This document shows, piece by piece, positions 39,610 through 49,504 of a stretch of DNA of 64,000 nucleotides. The notes beneath the pieces were generated by a model, which ran no database searches, had not been told where the DNA came from, and worked only from the letters and a program-made list of their open reading frames with translations. This DNA comes from Candidatus Poribacteria bacterium (lineage in GTDB: Bacteria > Poribacteria > WGA-4E > UBA9662): assembly GCA_036339735.1 (NCBI GenBank), contig JAYZAL010000088.1:64001-128000 (forward strand). The letters are read 5' to 3'. Position 1 is the stretch's first letter, and every line of letters begins with the position of its first letter. The position numbers and the translations under genes were made by a program.

Positions 39610-40626
39610 TCAAGTTTCTGCTGATTTTTGTTCTAGAGAATCCATTTTGGGATGAATCAGCCGTCTCCACAATGGAGGTATCATACAAGGCCAAAAGCAA
39701 GCAAAATACCCTGATGGAAGTTTAAGTGACTTAGTTGTTGATTTAAGTTGCCAGAATGGGATATTTGCTTTTAAATGATGCGATGAATGCCGACTCAGTT
39801 CCAACAACATCCACCGACTCCAACGAGCTTCAGAATCCCAGCTATGGAGTTCTGAAACAGATTCTCCATCCTCTCGGCGAAGTCCATAGTGCCGAATATA
39901 GTTTACATATTCGAGAAGAAATACCGCTGATGCTGAATAAATCAACCATGCCGAACTCATGAAGGGATCATATAAAAAGAGCGCCACGACAATAACAAGT
40001 GATAATGCAGTTCTCAGCAAAATAGGGTTGCGAATACCAGAAGATTTTTGTTCCATTTCTCTATATATACTGACCCATTGAAGAGGAATAGTTAATGCAA
40101 GATGTTTCCAGAACCCTCGGTTCCTAGGTGCGCTTGCACCGTCTTTACTCGTTGCCACGTATCGATGGTGATTTCGGTTATGTTCTTGTGTGAAGTGTGG
40201 GTAGGCTACCACTTGCATCATCAAATTTGCTAACCATCGACGTGGTCCTCGATTGTAATGCCCGAGTTCATGAGCCGGAACAATACCCGAGACCCCAGCA
40301 CAGAATCCACTAGAAATAGCCGCAATTTTTGTATGCCAAAAAGAATCATTATTATCAATTAATACAAATAATGAGGCCAAAATAGCCAGCTGAAAAACAA
40401 CATGTAGAGCAGGTATCCATTCGAGATAGAATGGGGGGTGGAAGACTGGAAAATTTTCTTTTTCAACACTGAAAAACACATCCAGCAATGGGTATATAAC
40501 AAGAGGAATTATAATTCCTAGGCAGGTTGTCCAACCGCCCACAAACATTGTGGTAAAGACAATTGTCGGTTGGATAAAACTGAGCAGGTAAATGTGGCTG
40601 AATTTCACTCGCTTTGATTCAAGCAT
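39610..40626 (-). CDS. Alkane 1-monooxygenase (AlkB)-like membrane diiron hydroxylase/desaturase
   Basis: His boxes HELGH, EHNRNHH, NYIRHYGL (HYG motif) and LSRHSSHH, plus HSW, LPSGY and IPPLW. Confidence 0.85.
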   Translation of the reverse strand: MLESKRVKFSHIYLLSFIQPTIVFTTMFVGGWTTCLGIIIPLVIYPLLDVFFSVEKENFPVFHPPFYLEWIPALHVVFQLAILASLFVLIDNNDSFWHTKIAAISSGFCAGVSGIVPAHELGHYNRGPRRWLANLMMQVVAYPHFTQEHNRNHHRYVATSKDGASAPRNRGFWKHLALTIPLQWVSIYREMEQKSSGIRNPILLRTALSLVIVVALFLYDPFMSSAWLIYSASAVFLLEYVNYIRHYGLRREDGESVSELHSWDSEARWSRWMLLELSRHSSHHLKANIPFWQLKSTTKSLKLPSGYFACFWPCMIPPLWRRLIHPKMDSLEQKSAET

Positions 40627-40816
40627 AATTAGGGGTCTTCAGTATTTGACAGTTTTAATTTTCTTTTCCTTTATAGGAAATTAGCTTTCACACTTGTACA
40701 GATATTTTTATTTTTTACAATCAGATACCTGTGAGCGACAGACAAGATTAGATTAAAAACCCTACTAGTTGATTATGAACGAGATAAGACGAATTAATTC
40801 TAGATCTATCCCCGGG

Positions 40817-41842
40817 TTAAAAAGACAGATTAGACAAAACTTCACTTATCCAATCTTCTGATATTTCTTCATCATCAATTACAGTAAACCATAGTTTAGG
40901 TCTACTCTTAACAAAAGATTTCAAATTTATTAACGATTTAAACAAGTCGTCATATTTCAGGTCCATGGATTTCGGCTGGTAATCTAATCTTACATCATCC
41001 ATAATTTTAGTAATTTCTTCAGCTTTATTTTCTTGTAATCGACTCATCAAGTAGATTCCCAATCCTATGATGTGTCCGTGGATAAAAGGTCGTCTAAGCC
41101 GTTCTTCTAATTCGTAAAAAAGAAAATGTTCTGAACCTTCTTCTACACGATAGTGATTAATAGGAAGACATATTGTGTTCAGTTTCATGTAACCTTGAAC
41201 AATAGCAAGTATTCCGTTATCGGTAACGTCTCTTATATCGGGAATAATTTCGTATAAATCATCTATGATCCCTCGGGCTTCCTGGATTGCAGACGTAGAA
41301 AATGGGTACTTGGATTGATTTTTACTTTCTGCATATTCCCAATCAAAACTAGCAGTATGTATAGACAATAAGTCTCCAATACCTGCAATATTCAAGGTCG
41401 CAGGTGCTGTACGAATAATATCATAATCTATGATCAAAGGATCTGGGCTAGTTTGTCCAACATATTCGATTTCGTGATTAACTCGTACACCGGCAGCAGG
41501 GGTGACAAATGCGTCGACACTAATCACAGTTGGAATTGTCACTAATCTGATGCTACGTTTCCAAGAAAAGTATTTGGCTGCATCGACGGCTTGCCCACCA
41601 CCAATCCCAACTACAGTATCACAGGGTGGTAATTTTAGAAGTTTACTATCTAGTACGCTCTGATCCACAGAATCAATAAATACAACTTCTTCTGGAGTAC
41701 CGCCAAGCAAATTTTGTGTAACTTTCCATGGAATATCCATTGTCGCAACAACGAATCTTCCGATCTCATTACCGATACCTTTTATACTACCAGAACCGAA
41801 TCGATATGATGATACGTTCGTCTGGCCTGATATTTGCCTCAT
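40817..41842 (-). CDS. Glycerol-1-phosphate dehydrogenase (EgsA/AraM)-like NAD(P)-dependent dehydrogenase
   Basis: GIGGGQAVDAAKY, PTVISVDA, AGIGDLLS, EGSEH, HG motifs of the G1PDH/glycerol dehydrogenase fold. Confidence 0.75.
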   Translation of the reverse strand: MRQISGQTNVSSYRFGSGSIKGIGNEIGRFVVATMDIPWKVTQNLLGGTPEEVVFIDSVDQSVLDSKLLKLPPCDTVVGIGGGQAVDAAKYFSWKRSIRLVTIPTVISVDAFVTPAAGVRVNHEIEYVGQTSPDPLIIDYDIIRTAPATLNIAGIGDLLSIHTASFDWEYAESKNQSKYPFSTSAIQEARGIIDDLYEIIPDIRDVTDNGILAIVQGYMKLNTICLPINHYRVEEGSEHFLFYELEERLRRPFIHGHIIGLGIYLMSRLQENKAEEITKIMDDVRLDYQPKSMDLKYDDLFKSLINLKSFVKSRPKLWFTVIDDEEISEDWISEVLSNLSF

Positions 41843-42350
41843 CTTGCAATCTCCCTTGTCTAGAAATTAATTATAATTTTTATTGTTAAAGTAACCTGAA
41901 TTTCCACTCGATTCGCCAGCAGAATTTCTCTTTAAGTCCCCACATCATACTAAAAATGATAATTCTGGCCAAATTTCTTTGGATGATTTTCTGAATAACT
42001 AGAAACTGGAAACTAGAACCGCTAGCTTATAAGAATTAACCAATATCAAGTATCTAGTTTGAGATAGATGTAACCATGAGTTAATCATGATTCCTTAAAT
42101 ATCCTTATGGTAGGAAACATGACCGTAGGAACTACTAAGAAATCTCGGACATAAGATTTATCGACAATACATTACCCGTAGGGGTTTATAATTTTTTAGT
42201 TTATCTCATTATTCTTCTGTCGGGTGATCAAATAAATTTATCACTGAGCAATCCTCACGGTAACATCTTCTTAGATACTATCTTCGCATTCTATTTTATA
42301 TTTGAATGAGTTTAGCCTTGTGATTCAATCGTTTAAATGAGGAGCAAATT

Positions 42351-42842
42351 ATGAATGTATTTTACTTGGATCATGACACAAAAATCTGCGCTGAGTACCA
42401 CAACGATAAGCATTGTGTTAGGATGGTACTTGAATATGCCCAATTATTATCAACCGCACACAGAATTATTGATCGAGATATGGCAAATAGGTTCGTCTAT
42501 AAAGCAACCCACAAAAATCATCCATCTACGATTTGGGTTAGACAAAATCAGTCAAATTACGATTGGCTTTACAGCCTATTTGTTGACTTAGCTGAAGAAT
42601 ATACGTATCGGTATGGGAGAAAACATTTGAGTTATAAAAAACTCAAACATATTTTAGCTTATCCACCCAACAATATAGAGGAAGGTGCTTTCACACAACC
42701 GACCCCGGCTATGCCAGATCATTGCAAAATTCCAGGAGACTCACTCTCTTCTTATCGCCGTTATTACAAGCAAAATAAAAAACACATTTCTAAATGGACA
42801 AAAAGGCCAATTCCTAGTTGGTTCACCGATAACGTCGTATAG
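42351..42842 (+). CDS. Pyrimidine dimer DNA glycosylase/endonuclease V family protein
   Basis: MNVFYLD...DKHCVRMVLEYAQLLSTAH, THKNHPSTIW, RYGRKH, AMPD, YRRYY, WTKRPIPSW. GAGGAG RBS. Confidence 0.8.
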   Translation: MNVFYLDHDTKICAEYHNDKHCVRMVLEYAQLLSTAHRIIDRDMANRFVYKATHKNHPSTIWVRQNQSNYDWLYSLFVDLAEEYTYRYGRKHLSYKKLKHILAYPPNNIEEGAFTQPTPAMPDHCKIPGDSLSSYRRYYKQNKKHISKWTKRPIPSWFTDNVV

Positions 42843-43218
42843 TCTTTTTGCCGACGATATTTCGTATAACCTCCAAAAAATTACCTAACGGTCGTTGAGA
42901 TCATGTAATGATTCAGTTGACAAAAGAGTTAGTATGCACATAATCAAAGAAGATTAGAGATAACCCCAATTAATTGATTATTGTAATTCATCAAGTAATA
43001 GATCTAGATTGTTTTACTACGAGTAGTAATATGAAAGATTGAAGTAGACAAGGTACCACTTGTAAACGCTTATGCTTAATTTTAGATTTGATACTCAGAA
43101 TAGAGATAATTCGGGTTTTCAATTATCTTTCGTGAAAAACTTGCTCATCAATGGTAATTCAATCAGACGGTTCTTTGAGAATATCGCTAGTTTTTAATTT
43201 CAATTCCGATGCACCTGC

Positions 43219-45153
43219 TCAGTTCGGAAATACGCGGTACATTGGAATGTCGAGCAGGGTACCAATGAGGCTAAAAATACTACCGCTTAAGTAGTCCCCC
43301 AGCAGCAGACCAATAAAAAATGGCATTGCTTTTCGGTATAGACGAATCCCACCGTACTGGAGAATAACCTTTTTTAGGCACCAAGACACAAACATTGGTG
43401 TCCAAATTAGGTCCATGTTAAAACTATGACCAACTGCATAACCAATTGGATGGATCGGCCACCACAAAAAGTGAGTACGTAAAAACATCAGAAGGAAGGT
43501 TGCTAAAATCCCACCACTGATAAAGGGTAAGCTACTGAAACCAATGTCAGTTGGAAAATCCAGCCAGTTTTGCAACTGGCGATATGGAATCAGCCCCATG
43601 TTCGTACGCCATGAGTTGACGTACGGTGTACCTGCCCCCTTAATATAATACATTCTGAGGATATTCCAGTAAGCAGCAATAATACCGACGATCATTGCCA
43701 ATACAATAATGCCTAACATAGATCGAGTTTCTATTTTACTGACTTTGCCAATTCGAAGACCTTCCAACTGGTGTGGCATCACTGCACAACGATAATCTAG
43801 ATTAAACCATTGAAAGTAAGCCAAAATAGTTAAGTCCCTTGGATTTAGTAATCTGGAACCAGCCACATGTACGATCAATTGTGGTGGATTTATATAGGGA
43901 CCAAAATTCCATATTACGCCACCTTCCGAGCGTATTCTTGTCAATCCAATCATATAAAACAGAAACAAAGATATAAAGATAATACCCACGATTAAGCGCA
44001 AGCCGGCCAAATAGGAAAAGGTTACTAGTACCAAAATGCCAATCAATAAACCTAACCAAGTATATCGCTCGTGAATAGGCTCATCCGAAGATTGACCCGA
44101 CCAGGCAATATAGAAGGTTTGAAGTAAATGTTTTCGACTGATCCACAAAGCCAAAAAAGCCAGTCCGAGCCATGCTCCAACGCCCTGCTCAAGAATGGCT
44201 GGATAACGACCAGTTGGCCCCCAAACGGATCCTCCTCCACTAATTAATGCGGCTCCCAACACTTGTTGTCCTTTGCGAAATAGAAAGAAAAACCAGCAAC
44301 TAAAAGAAATTTCAAGTGGAATGAAGTAAGTCAAACCAATGACACAAGGGTGAAAAGCCACCGGCAACCAACCTACCGCATTCCACGGCTTTTGACTAAA
44401 TAAGTGTCCAATATCAAAAGGCTTGACTTTTATATAAGGAAGATACGGATAGTAATACTGCAGCGAATTATTAATTTGTATAGTAGCAGCAATTAGGAAG
44501 CCAATCCACAGGTATCGATTTCTCAAGTAATCGCCGAAACGTTTCTCCCTGAGACTCAGTTCCACAGGCAACGTAGTGATGGGGAATGACAGCTGTTCTT
44601 GTTCTAACCATCTCTTCCGTAGAAGTACGTTAATACATAGCATGACCCACAGAAAAGAAAAGGTGAATCCACTCCAAGTCAGGATCGGAATCAGCCATGC
44701 TTTGAGATGGTCAACACGGTAAATAGTTGAATCGCCAAGATACAGTCGTTGAATTGCATCTTTACTTTGTGGCACGAACCAACTTGGTATATTAGGTAAA
44801 AAATCCCGCCAACTATTCTCCGGAGTTTCGTACCAGAATGGATTACACAATGCTGTAACCAGAAACCCGAACATACCAATACCATTGATGCTCATGCCGA
44901 TATTAAGCATGACAAAGATAGTTAGTATTTCGGCGGCCGAAAGAGCGGAATTAGGTACAATCTTTTCTAATACTGTATTAGTCAGTATTAAGAGAAACAA
45001 GATGAAAACGGAACCGATCAGAAGTGAAGTTGAGGTGATTTCAGTCACACCCGTAACCATCTCTGAGTTCGAAACCCAAAATGAGCTAGTAATAATTAGC
45101 AAAAGACCAATCAAAATTGACCTTTTAGTTGCCTTTTGCTCAAGGGTTTTCAT
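43219..45153 (-). CDS. DUF6785/DUF6784-like multi-pass membrane protein (putative transporter)
   Basis: ETPENSW, WLEQEQLSFP, PWNA, LTRIRSEGG, MPHQLEG, WWPIHPIGY. Confidence 0.85.
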   Translation of the reverse strand: MKTLEQKATKRSILIGLLLIITSSFWVSNSEMVTGVTEITSTSLLIGSVFILFLLILTNTVLEKIVPNSALSAAEILTIFVMLNIGMSINGIGMFGFLVTALCNPFWYETPENSWRDFLPNIPSWFVPQSKDAIQRLYLGDSTIYRVDHLKAWLIPILTWSGFTFSFLWVMLCINVLLRKRWLEQEQLSFPITTLPVELSLREKRFGDYLRNRYLWIGFLIAATIQINNSLQYYYPYLPYIKVKPFDIGHLFSQKPWNAVGWLPVAFHPCVIGLTYFIPLEISFSCWFFFLFRKGQQVLGAALISGGGSVWGPTGRYPAILEQGVGAWLGLAFLALWISRKHLLQTFYIAWSGQSSDEPIHERYTWLGLLIGILVLVTFSYLAGLRLIVGIIFISLFLFYMIGLTRIRSEGGVIWNFGPYINPPQLIVHVAGSRLLNPRDLTILAYFQWFNLDYRCAVMPHQLEGLRIGKVSKIETRSMLGIIVLAMIVGIIAAYWNILRMYYIKGAGTPYVNSWRTNMGLIPYRQLQNWLDFPTDIGFSSLPFISGGILATFLLMFLRTHFLWWPIHPIGYAVGHSFNMDLIWTPMFVSWCLKKVILQYGGIRLYRKAMPFFIGLLLGDYLSGSIFSLIGTLLDIPMYRVFPN

Positions 45154-45567
45154 GTTTTATGTACGACCAAATAGATGCGACAACCAAGCAACCTTAGCTT
45201 AATAGGATTGTACACTTATTCCTTTTTTAATCTGCTTAAACCTATCCCGACAGTATAAATCACTTATAGCATTAATGGGAATTATTTGATCGTAGGTCTG
45301 TGAATCCACAAATCTAAGACTTTGATTCTAAGTTCGTGAAATTTGGCCGGTTCAAAAACAATACAAGATTATCCGATGAATAGAATACTTGGTAGATCTA
45401 CATACCAACAGTACAACAATAGTCTAGTACTCTTCCGATATCGAAAGTAATACGAGATATTGAAAATCAAAGATATCTCATAACGTACTCCCATACAGAA
45501 GTTTATAACCTTTTAGGCTACCTATATTATTTAGCATTAAACCCAACTCAAGCCAATTTCTTAGGTC

Positions 45568-45596
45568 TTTACAGCAGCATCAGTTCTTGATAGAAT
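45568..45596 (+). promoter_or_regulatory. Putative sigma70 promoter for 45680..46840
   Basis: TTTACA, 17 nt, TAGAAT, with an extended TGn element. Confidence 0.45.
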
Positions 45597-45679
45597 CAAA
45601 ATATGCGTCCTGCCAATTTGTAAACAAATTCACTACTTAGCTATCCTGTATTAACCTGCGCAACTAATAAGGATCAACT

Positions 45680-46840
45680 ATGAAAAATGAATTTTACCGT
45701 GTAGCAATTTTGGGGTGTCGTAGCCGAGGCCGAGCAGCAGCTCTAGCCTACCATGACCATCCTCGTACTAAGATTGTTGGTCTCTGTGATTTAATTCAAG
45801 ACCGCCTTACTGAATTGGGAAACGAGCTTAGCATAACAGCCCAATACACAAATTTGGGTCGAATGATTGAAGAAACTAAGCCTGATATTGTGGTAATTGC
45901 AACCGGTACAGAGTTTCACTATGATCTTTGTATGCAAGTTCTAGAATATGGGGTTCATATTGAGGTTGAAAAGCCGATGTGTGTTGACTTAGTTCAGGCT
46001 GATGAGGTAATAAGCAAAGCAGAATTAAAGAAATGCAAGATAGCGGTTCACCATCAAGGCCGCGTAGGTCCTGCAATGTTAGCTCTACAGAAGGCTATTG
46101 ACCAAGAGAAAATTGGCGAAATTCGTTATCTATACGGAAGTGGTAAAGGATACTACGGTGGTTATGGACTAATGAACATTGGTACTCATATGATAAATAA
46201 CATGCTCCGGTTCACCCATCAATGCCAAAGTGTTGTCGCTCATACGACGACTAATGGTCGGTCGATTGAAACGAAAGATGTTTTAGCATCTCCAAGTGGC
46301 ATGGGTACGATTACCGGAGAATATATTTCAGCCAGTTTTCAGTTTTCTAGTAATGTTACGGGAACACTTTTACAGCACCGATTTGACAAAATGGATACCA
46401 GCGCTTACGTAATGGAAATTTACGGTTCTGAAGGGCGTTTATTCTGGAGATCCAATCAAGCTTGGTGGCTACCTCAACCTCATTATGTTCCTGGCATGAA
46501 ATGGGAACCCTTAGACCCAATTTTTCCTAAATGTTATCAGCCAGGAAATCTATCGGATGCCGACGATTTTAGTTTTGTCGATGAGTATGTACGAGCACTT
46601 GATAATGATGACCAGCATGAGTGTAGCGGTTATCAAGGCCGACATGTTTTAGAAATTATGATGGGAATCTTTGAATCGTCTACCGATGGAACTAGAGTAA
46701 ATCTGCCTCAAGTAGATCGACAACATCCACTCTTGCGCTGGAGCGCTGACAGCAGTTCAAACGAGAAGAGTGGAAATTTGGAATCGCTACCACGAGACTA
46801 TCCATCATGGCTCTCAAAACTAGGAATTAATAGCTTCTAA
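45680..46840 (+). CDS. Gfo/Idh/MocA family oxidoreductase
   Basis: VAILGC, PDIVVIAT, HIEVEKPM, LMNIGTH. Confidence 0.9.
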   Translation: MKNEFYRVAILGCRSRGRAAALAYHDHPRTKIVGLCDLIQDRLTELGNELSITAQYTNLGRMIEETKPDIVVIATGTEFHYDLCMQVLEYGVHIEVEKPMCVDLVQADEVISKAELKKCKIAVHHQGRVGPAMLALQKAIDQEKIGEIRYLYGSGKGYYGGYGLMNIGTHMINNMLRFTHQCQSVVAHTTTNGRSIETKDVLASPSGMGTITGEYISASFQFSSNVTGTLLQHRFDKMDTSAYVMEIYGSEGRLFWRSNQAWWLPQPHYVPGMKWEPLDPIFPKCYQPGNLSDADDFSFVDEYVRALDNDDQHECSGYQGRHVLEIMMGIFESSTDGTRVNLPQVDRQHPLLRWSADSSSNEKSGNLESLPRDYPSWLSKLGINSF

Positions 46841-47080
46841 TTATTGAATTTAAGCACCCTTCGTAGAGAATATTAGATAAATACAGAAATAGAGTTGGGA
46901 AAACAATTCTATCAAGACTGTCACGTTCTGAAAAACAATATTAGGATCATGTATGATATAAATTTGTTTGAAGTAGGACTGGTTACGATTGCAAACAAAT
47001 TGGATCGATTATAATCCTAATTTCTATCGAAGAATTCAATTACACAATATTGCAAGTTAATTTTGGGTCTATGCTTGATC

Positions 47081-47130
47081 TTGCAGGAAAGACGAATAGA
47101 TGGTACGATTTTGCGCTGACATCTTGTCAG
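47081..47130 (+). promoter_or_regulatory. Putative promoter with adjacent operator palindrome
   Basis: TTGCAG (47081-86), 17 nt, TACGAT (47104-09) with extended TGn, followed by CTGACA-tct-TGTCAG (47116-47130). Confidence 0.45.
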
Positions 47131-47238
47131 TATTTCGGTCTAGGTGTGCTGGCTAAATCTTAGTATGATTTACTCATTCTCTATTTAGACCTAACTAAAT
47201 TTAAAACTTTAAAAACGAAATTTTTCTGTAGGAGACTA

Positions 47239-47952
47239 ATGCACATGAAAAATAATATTATGTTGATCTTGGCAGGATTTCTATTATTGGTCAGCACAAT
47301 GACCAATATAGAAGCCGGGGTAAAAGTCCCAGGAACAATAATAGGAACAGGTACCAAAGCTTTATTAGGAGGAGACCTGACTGATCCAGAAGATGATGGC
47401 GCACCTGAAGAAGATACAAATTACAATGCCAAATTCACCTCCAGTGATGAGCCAGGATTTGGAGGAGGAGAATTTGCCTTTAATGTATTTGATAATATAC
47501 TTGGGCCAGGAAATGACAAGTGGTGTTGCGGTAAAGGTGGCATAGGAGATGGCGAAGGTATGCATATAACGGCCGAACTTGATGCTCCACATTTATTGAC
47601 ACATTTTACTTTATCTTCAGCCAACGACGTTCCTGATAGAGACCCTACAACTTGGGAAGTTCAAGGATCGAATGATGGCAAAAAATTTACAACCATCTTT
47701 TCTTATGATGGCGATAACCTTTTTACTGATCGGCTTCAGGTCATTCGTTTCGATGCAGGAGAAGACTTCGATGCACAAACCACCGGGTATCGATTTTTCA
47801 GACATATCACTTTCAAAACAGCTAATTGGCCAAACGGAGCTTTCTTTCAAATTGGTGAAATTGAGTATTTTGGCACCCCAGCTGACGATACTGCTGTGAA
47901 TCCTAAGTCCAAGCTTGCAACACAGTGGGGAATATTGAAAAATAATCGGTAA
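47239..47952 (+). CDS. Exported discoidin/F5-8 type C-like protein with conserved C-terminal motif
   Basis: Signal peptide, NVFDN...KW, SANDVP.RDP..WEVQGSNDG, YRFFR, QIGEIEYFG. Ends AVNPKSKLATQWGILKNNR. Confidence 0.8.
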   Translation: MHMKNNIMLILAGFLLLVSTMTNIEAGVKVPGTIIGTGTKALLGGDLTDPEDDGAPEEDTNYNAKFTSSDEPGFGGGEFAFNVFDNILGPGNDKWCCGKGGIGDGEGMHITAELDAPHLLTHFTLSSANDVPDRDPTTWEVQGSNDGKKFTTIFSYDGDNLFTDRLQVIRFDAGEDFDAQTTGYRFFRHITFKTANWPNGAFFQIGEIEYFGTPADDTAVNPKSKLATQWGILKNNR

Positions 47953-47983
47953 ACCTTGTAAAACAATAGTGTTTACTATCTAT

Positions 47984-48023
47984 ACAAGATTGAGGTGAAA
48001 ATAACTAATCACCTCAATCTTGT
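47984..48023. terminator. 15-bp perfect hairpin between the tandem paralogs
   Basis: ACAAGATTGAGGTGA and TCACCTCAATCTTGT with a 10-nt loop and a weak U-tail. Confidence 0.6.
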
Positions 48024-48071
48024 CTTAGTTGGCACTTATTTTCAAACTTATTTTATGGGAGTCAATTACGA

Positions 48072-48755
48072 GTGAAAGTTAATATTTCGATGTTGTTAGT
48101 GGTTTTACTATTGGTCTCTGTTGTTGATATTTCTATTGCTGAAAAGGACTTAGGTACAGGTACAGACTCACTTCTAGGAGGAGACCTAACTGACCCAGAA
48201 GACGATGGAAAGCCAGAACAAGATAAAAATTACAATGCTAAATTTACTTCTAATGATGAACCTGGTTTCGGAGGAGGAGAATTTGCATTTAACGTATTTG
48301 ATAATGTTCTTGGGCCAAGCAATGATAAATGGTGTTGTGGTAAAGGCGGTGGTGCCAAAGAAGGAATGTGGGTAACTGCAGAATTTGATAAGAAATATGC
48401 ATTGACTCATTTTACCGTATCATCAGCTAATGATGTTCCTGCTAGAGATCCACTGGTATGGGAAGTTCAAGGATCAAACGATGGCAAGAAATTCACTACT
48501 ATTTACTCACATGACGAGAAGAAACCCATTTGGACTCAGAGGCTTCAAGTCATCCGTTTCGACGCGGGAAAAGACTTCAAAAAGCAAACCGTCGGATACA
48601 AATTCTTCCGTCATATTACCACTGAAACTCAATCTTGGCCGAATGGAGCCTACTTCCAGATTGGTGAAATTGAATACTTTGGTGATACGAATTTTCCAGT
48701 AGACCCTAAATCCAAACTAACAAGTTCATGGGGAAGGATCAAAAGTAATCGATAG
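48072..48755 (+). CDS. Exported discoidin/F5-8 type C-like protein, tandem paralog of 47239..47952
   Basis: Near-identical core LLGGDLTDPEDDG...KWCCGKGG...QIGEIEYFG. Ends PVDPKSKLTSSWGRIKSNR. Confidence 0.8.
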   Translation: MKVNISMLLVVLLLVSVVDISIAEKDLGTGTDSLLGGDLTDPEDDGKPEQDKNYNAKFTSNDEPGFGGGEFAFNVFDNVLGPSNDKWCCGKGGGAKEGMWVTAEFDKKYALTHFTVSSANDVPARDPLVWEVQGSNDGKKFTTIYSHDEKKPIWTQRLQVIRFDAGKDFKKQTVGYKFFRHITTETQSWPNGAYFQIGEIEYFGDTNFPVDPKSKLTSSWGRIKSNR

Positions 48756-48852
48756 GCACTGCTAACTAGAGCTTGTCTAAAAACTCTGGCTGTGTCCTTC
48801 TATTGTAGGCATGGTGTCATTGTTTGTTTAATGATTAACAACTTCAGCACGG

Positions 48853-48886
48853 AAGGGACCTGTTCTATTAACGGGTCCCTTTTTTG
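48853..48886 (+). terminator. Rho-independent terminator
   Basis: AAGGGACCTGTT-ctatt-AACGGGTCCCTT stem with one G-U pair, ending in a T run. Confidence 0.75.
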
Positions 48887-49381
48887 ATTCTACGAAAAGA
48901 TTCTCTTAAAAGCTAAACTCACCGGATCAGATATTTGAGGAATTCGAGCAAGGTCATTTTGAGTGAAGTTAATCTGCTTGTCCCCTATCTCATTTTTAAA
49001 CCACCGCGTTTGTTTTCTTCGTCTTGGTAACATTTATGTTATCTAAAACAAGAGAATGGATATTCCGATAGTTAAAGGAATAGTATGTTGGCCCAAAAAG
49101 ACACGTTAATTGGTCAGATTCAGCCTCTTCCATAGCTACTAATTAAGTCATACCAAGAGATTCTTGGTAAGGTTCCTCGAATAAATCGAAACAATCAAAT
49201 GCGATATACCTTCGAGAGTAACTCCAAATTTGGTATCCGTCCTAGTAATTCTTTCTAAAACTTCACGTGCTATGTAATCCCCTTCGGTTTAATTAGCAGG
49301 ATTGTGGATCGACAAACAAAATTGACTTGAATAATTCTGGTACTTTTTATCTAATTAGAGAAAACTCAATATATTTAGGCC

Positions 49382-49504
49382 ATGGACCTGTTGGTGACAT
49401 ACGAAGATGTTTTAAATGATCCGGTGATCCATTTGGCTTATGTATGCAGTAGAACTAAGGCAACTGATTTTCATTCAGTAGACAAGCCCAATCTTTCGGA
49501 TTGA
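49382..49504 (+). pseudogene. Possible degraded sulfotransferase fragment
   Basis: 40-codon ORF MDLLVTYEDVLNDPVIHL matches the sulfotransferase v.YEdl..dP motif. It lies in a ~1 kb gap with no long ORF. Confidence 0.3.

Noticed and set aside
40817-41842. Evidence for archaeal-type ether lipid synthesis
   Set aside because: No GGGP or DGGGP synthase is in the window, and a G1PDH-like gene alone is not sufficient.
38762-42842. Prophage or defence island
   Set aside because: No integrase, att-bearing tRNA, structural genes or recognisable defence operon.
47101-47114. Sigma54 promoter-like TGGTACG...TTGC (also TGGCAC at about 48030)
   Set aside because: GG-to-GC spacing is 9 nt instead of 10, and the second site lacks the -12 GC.
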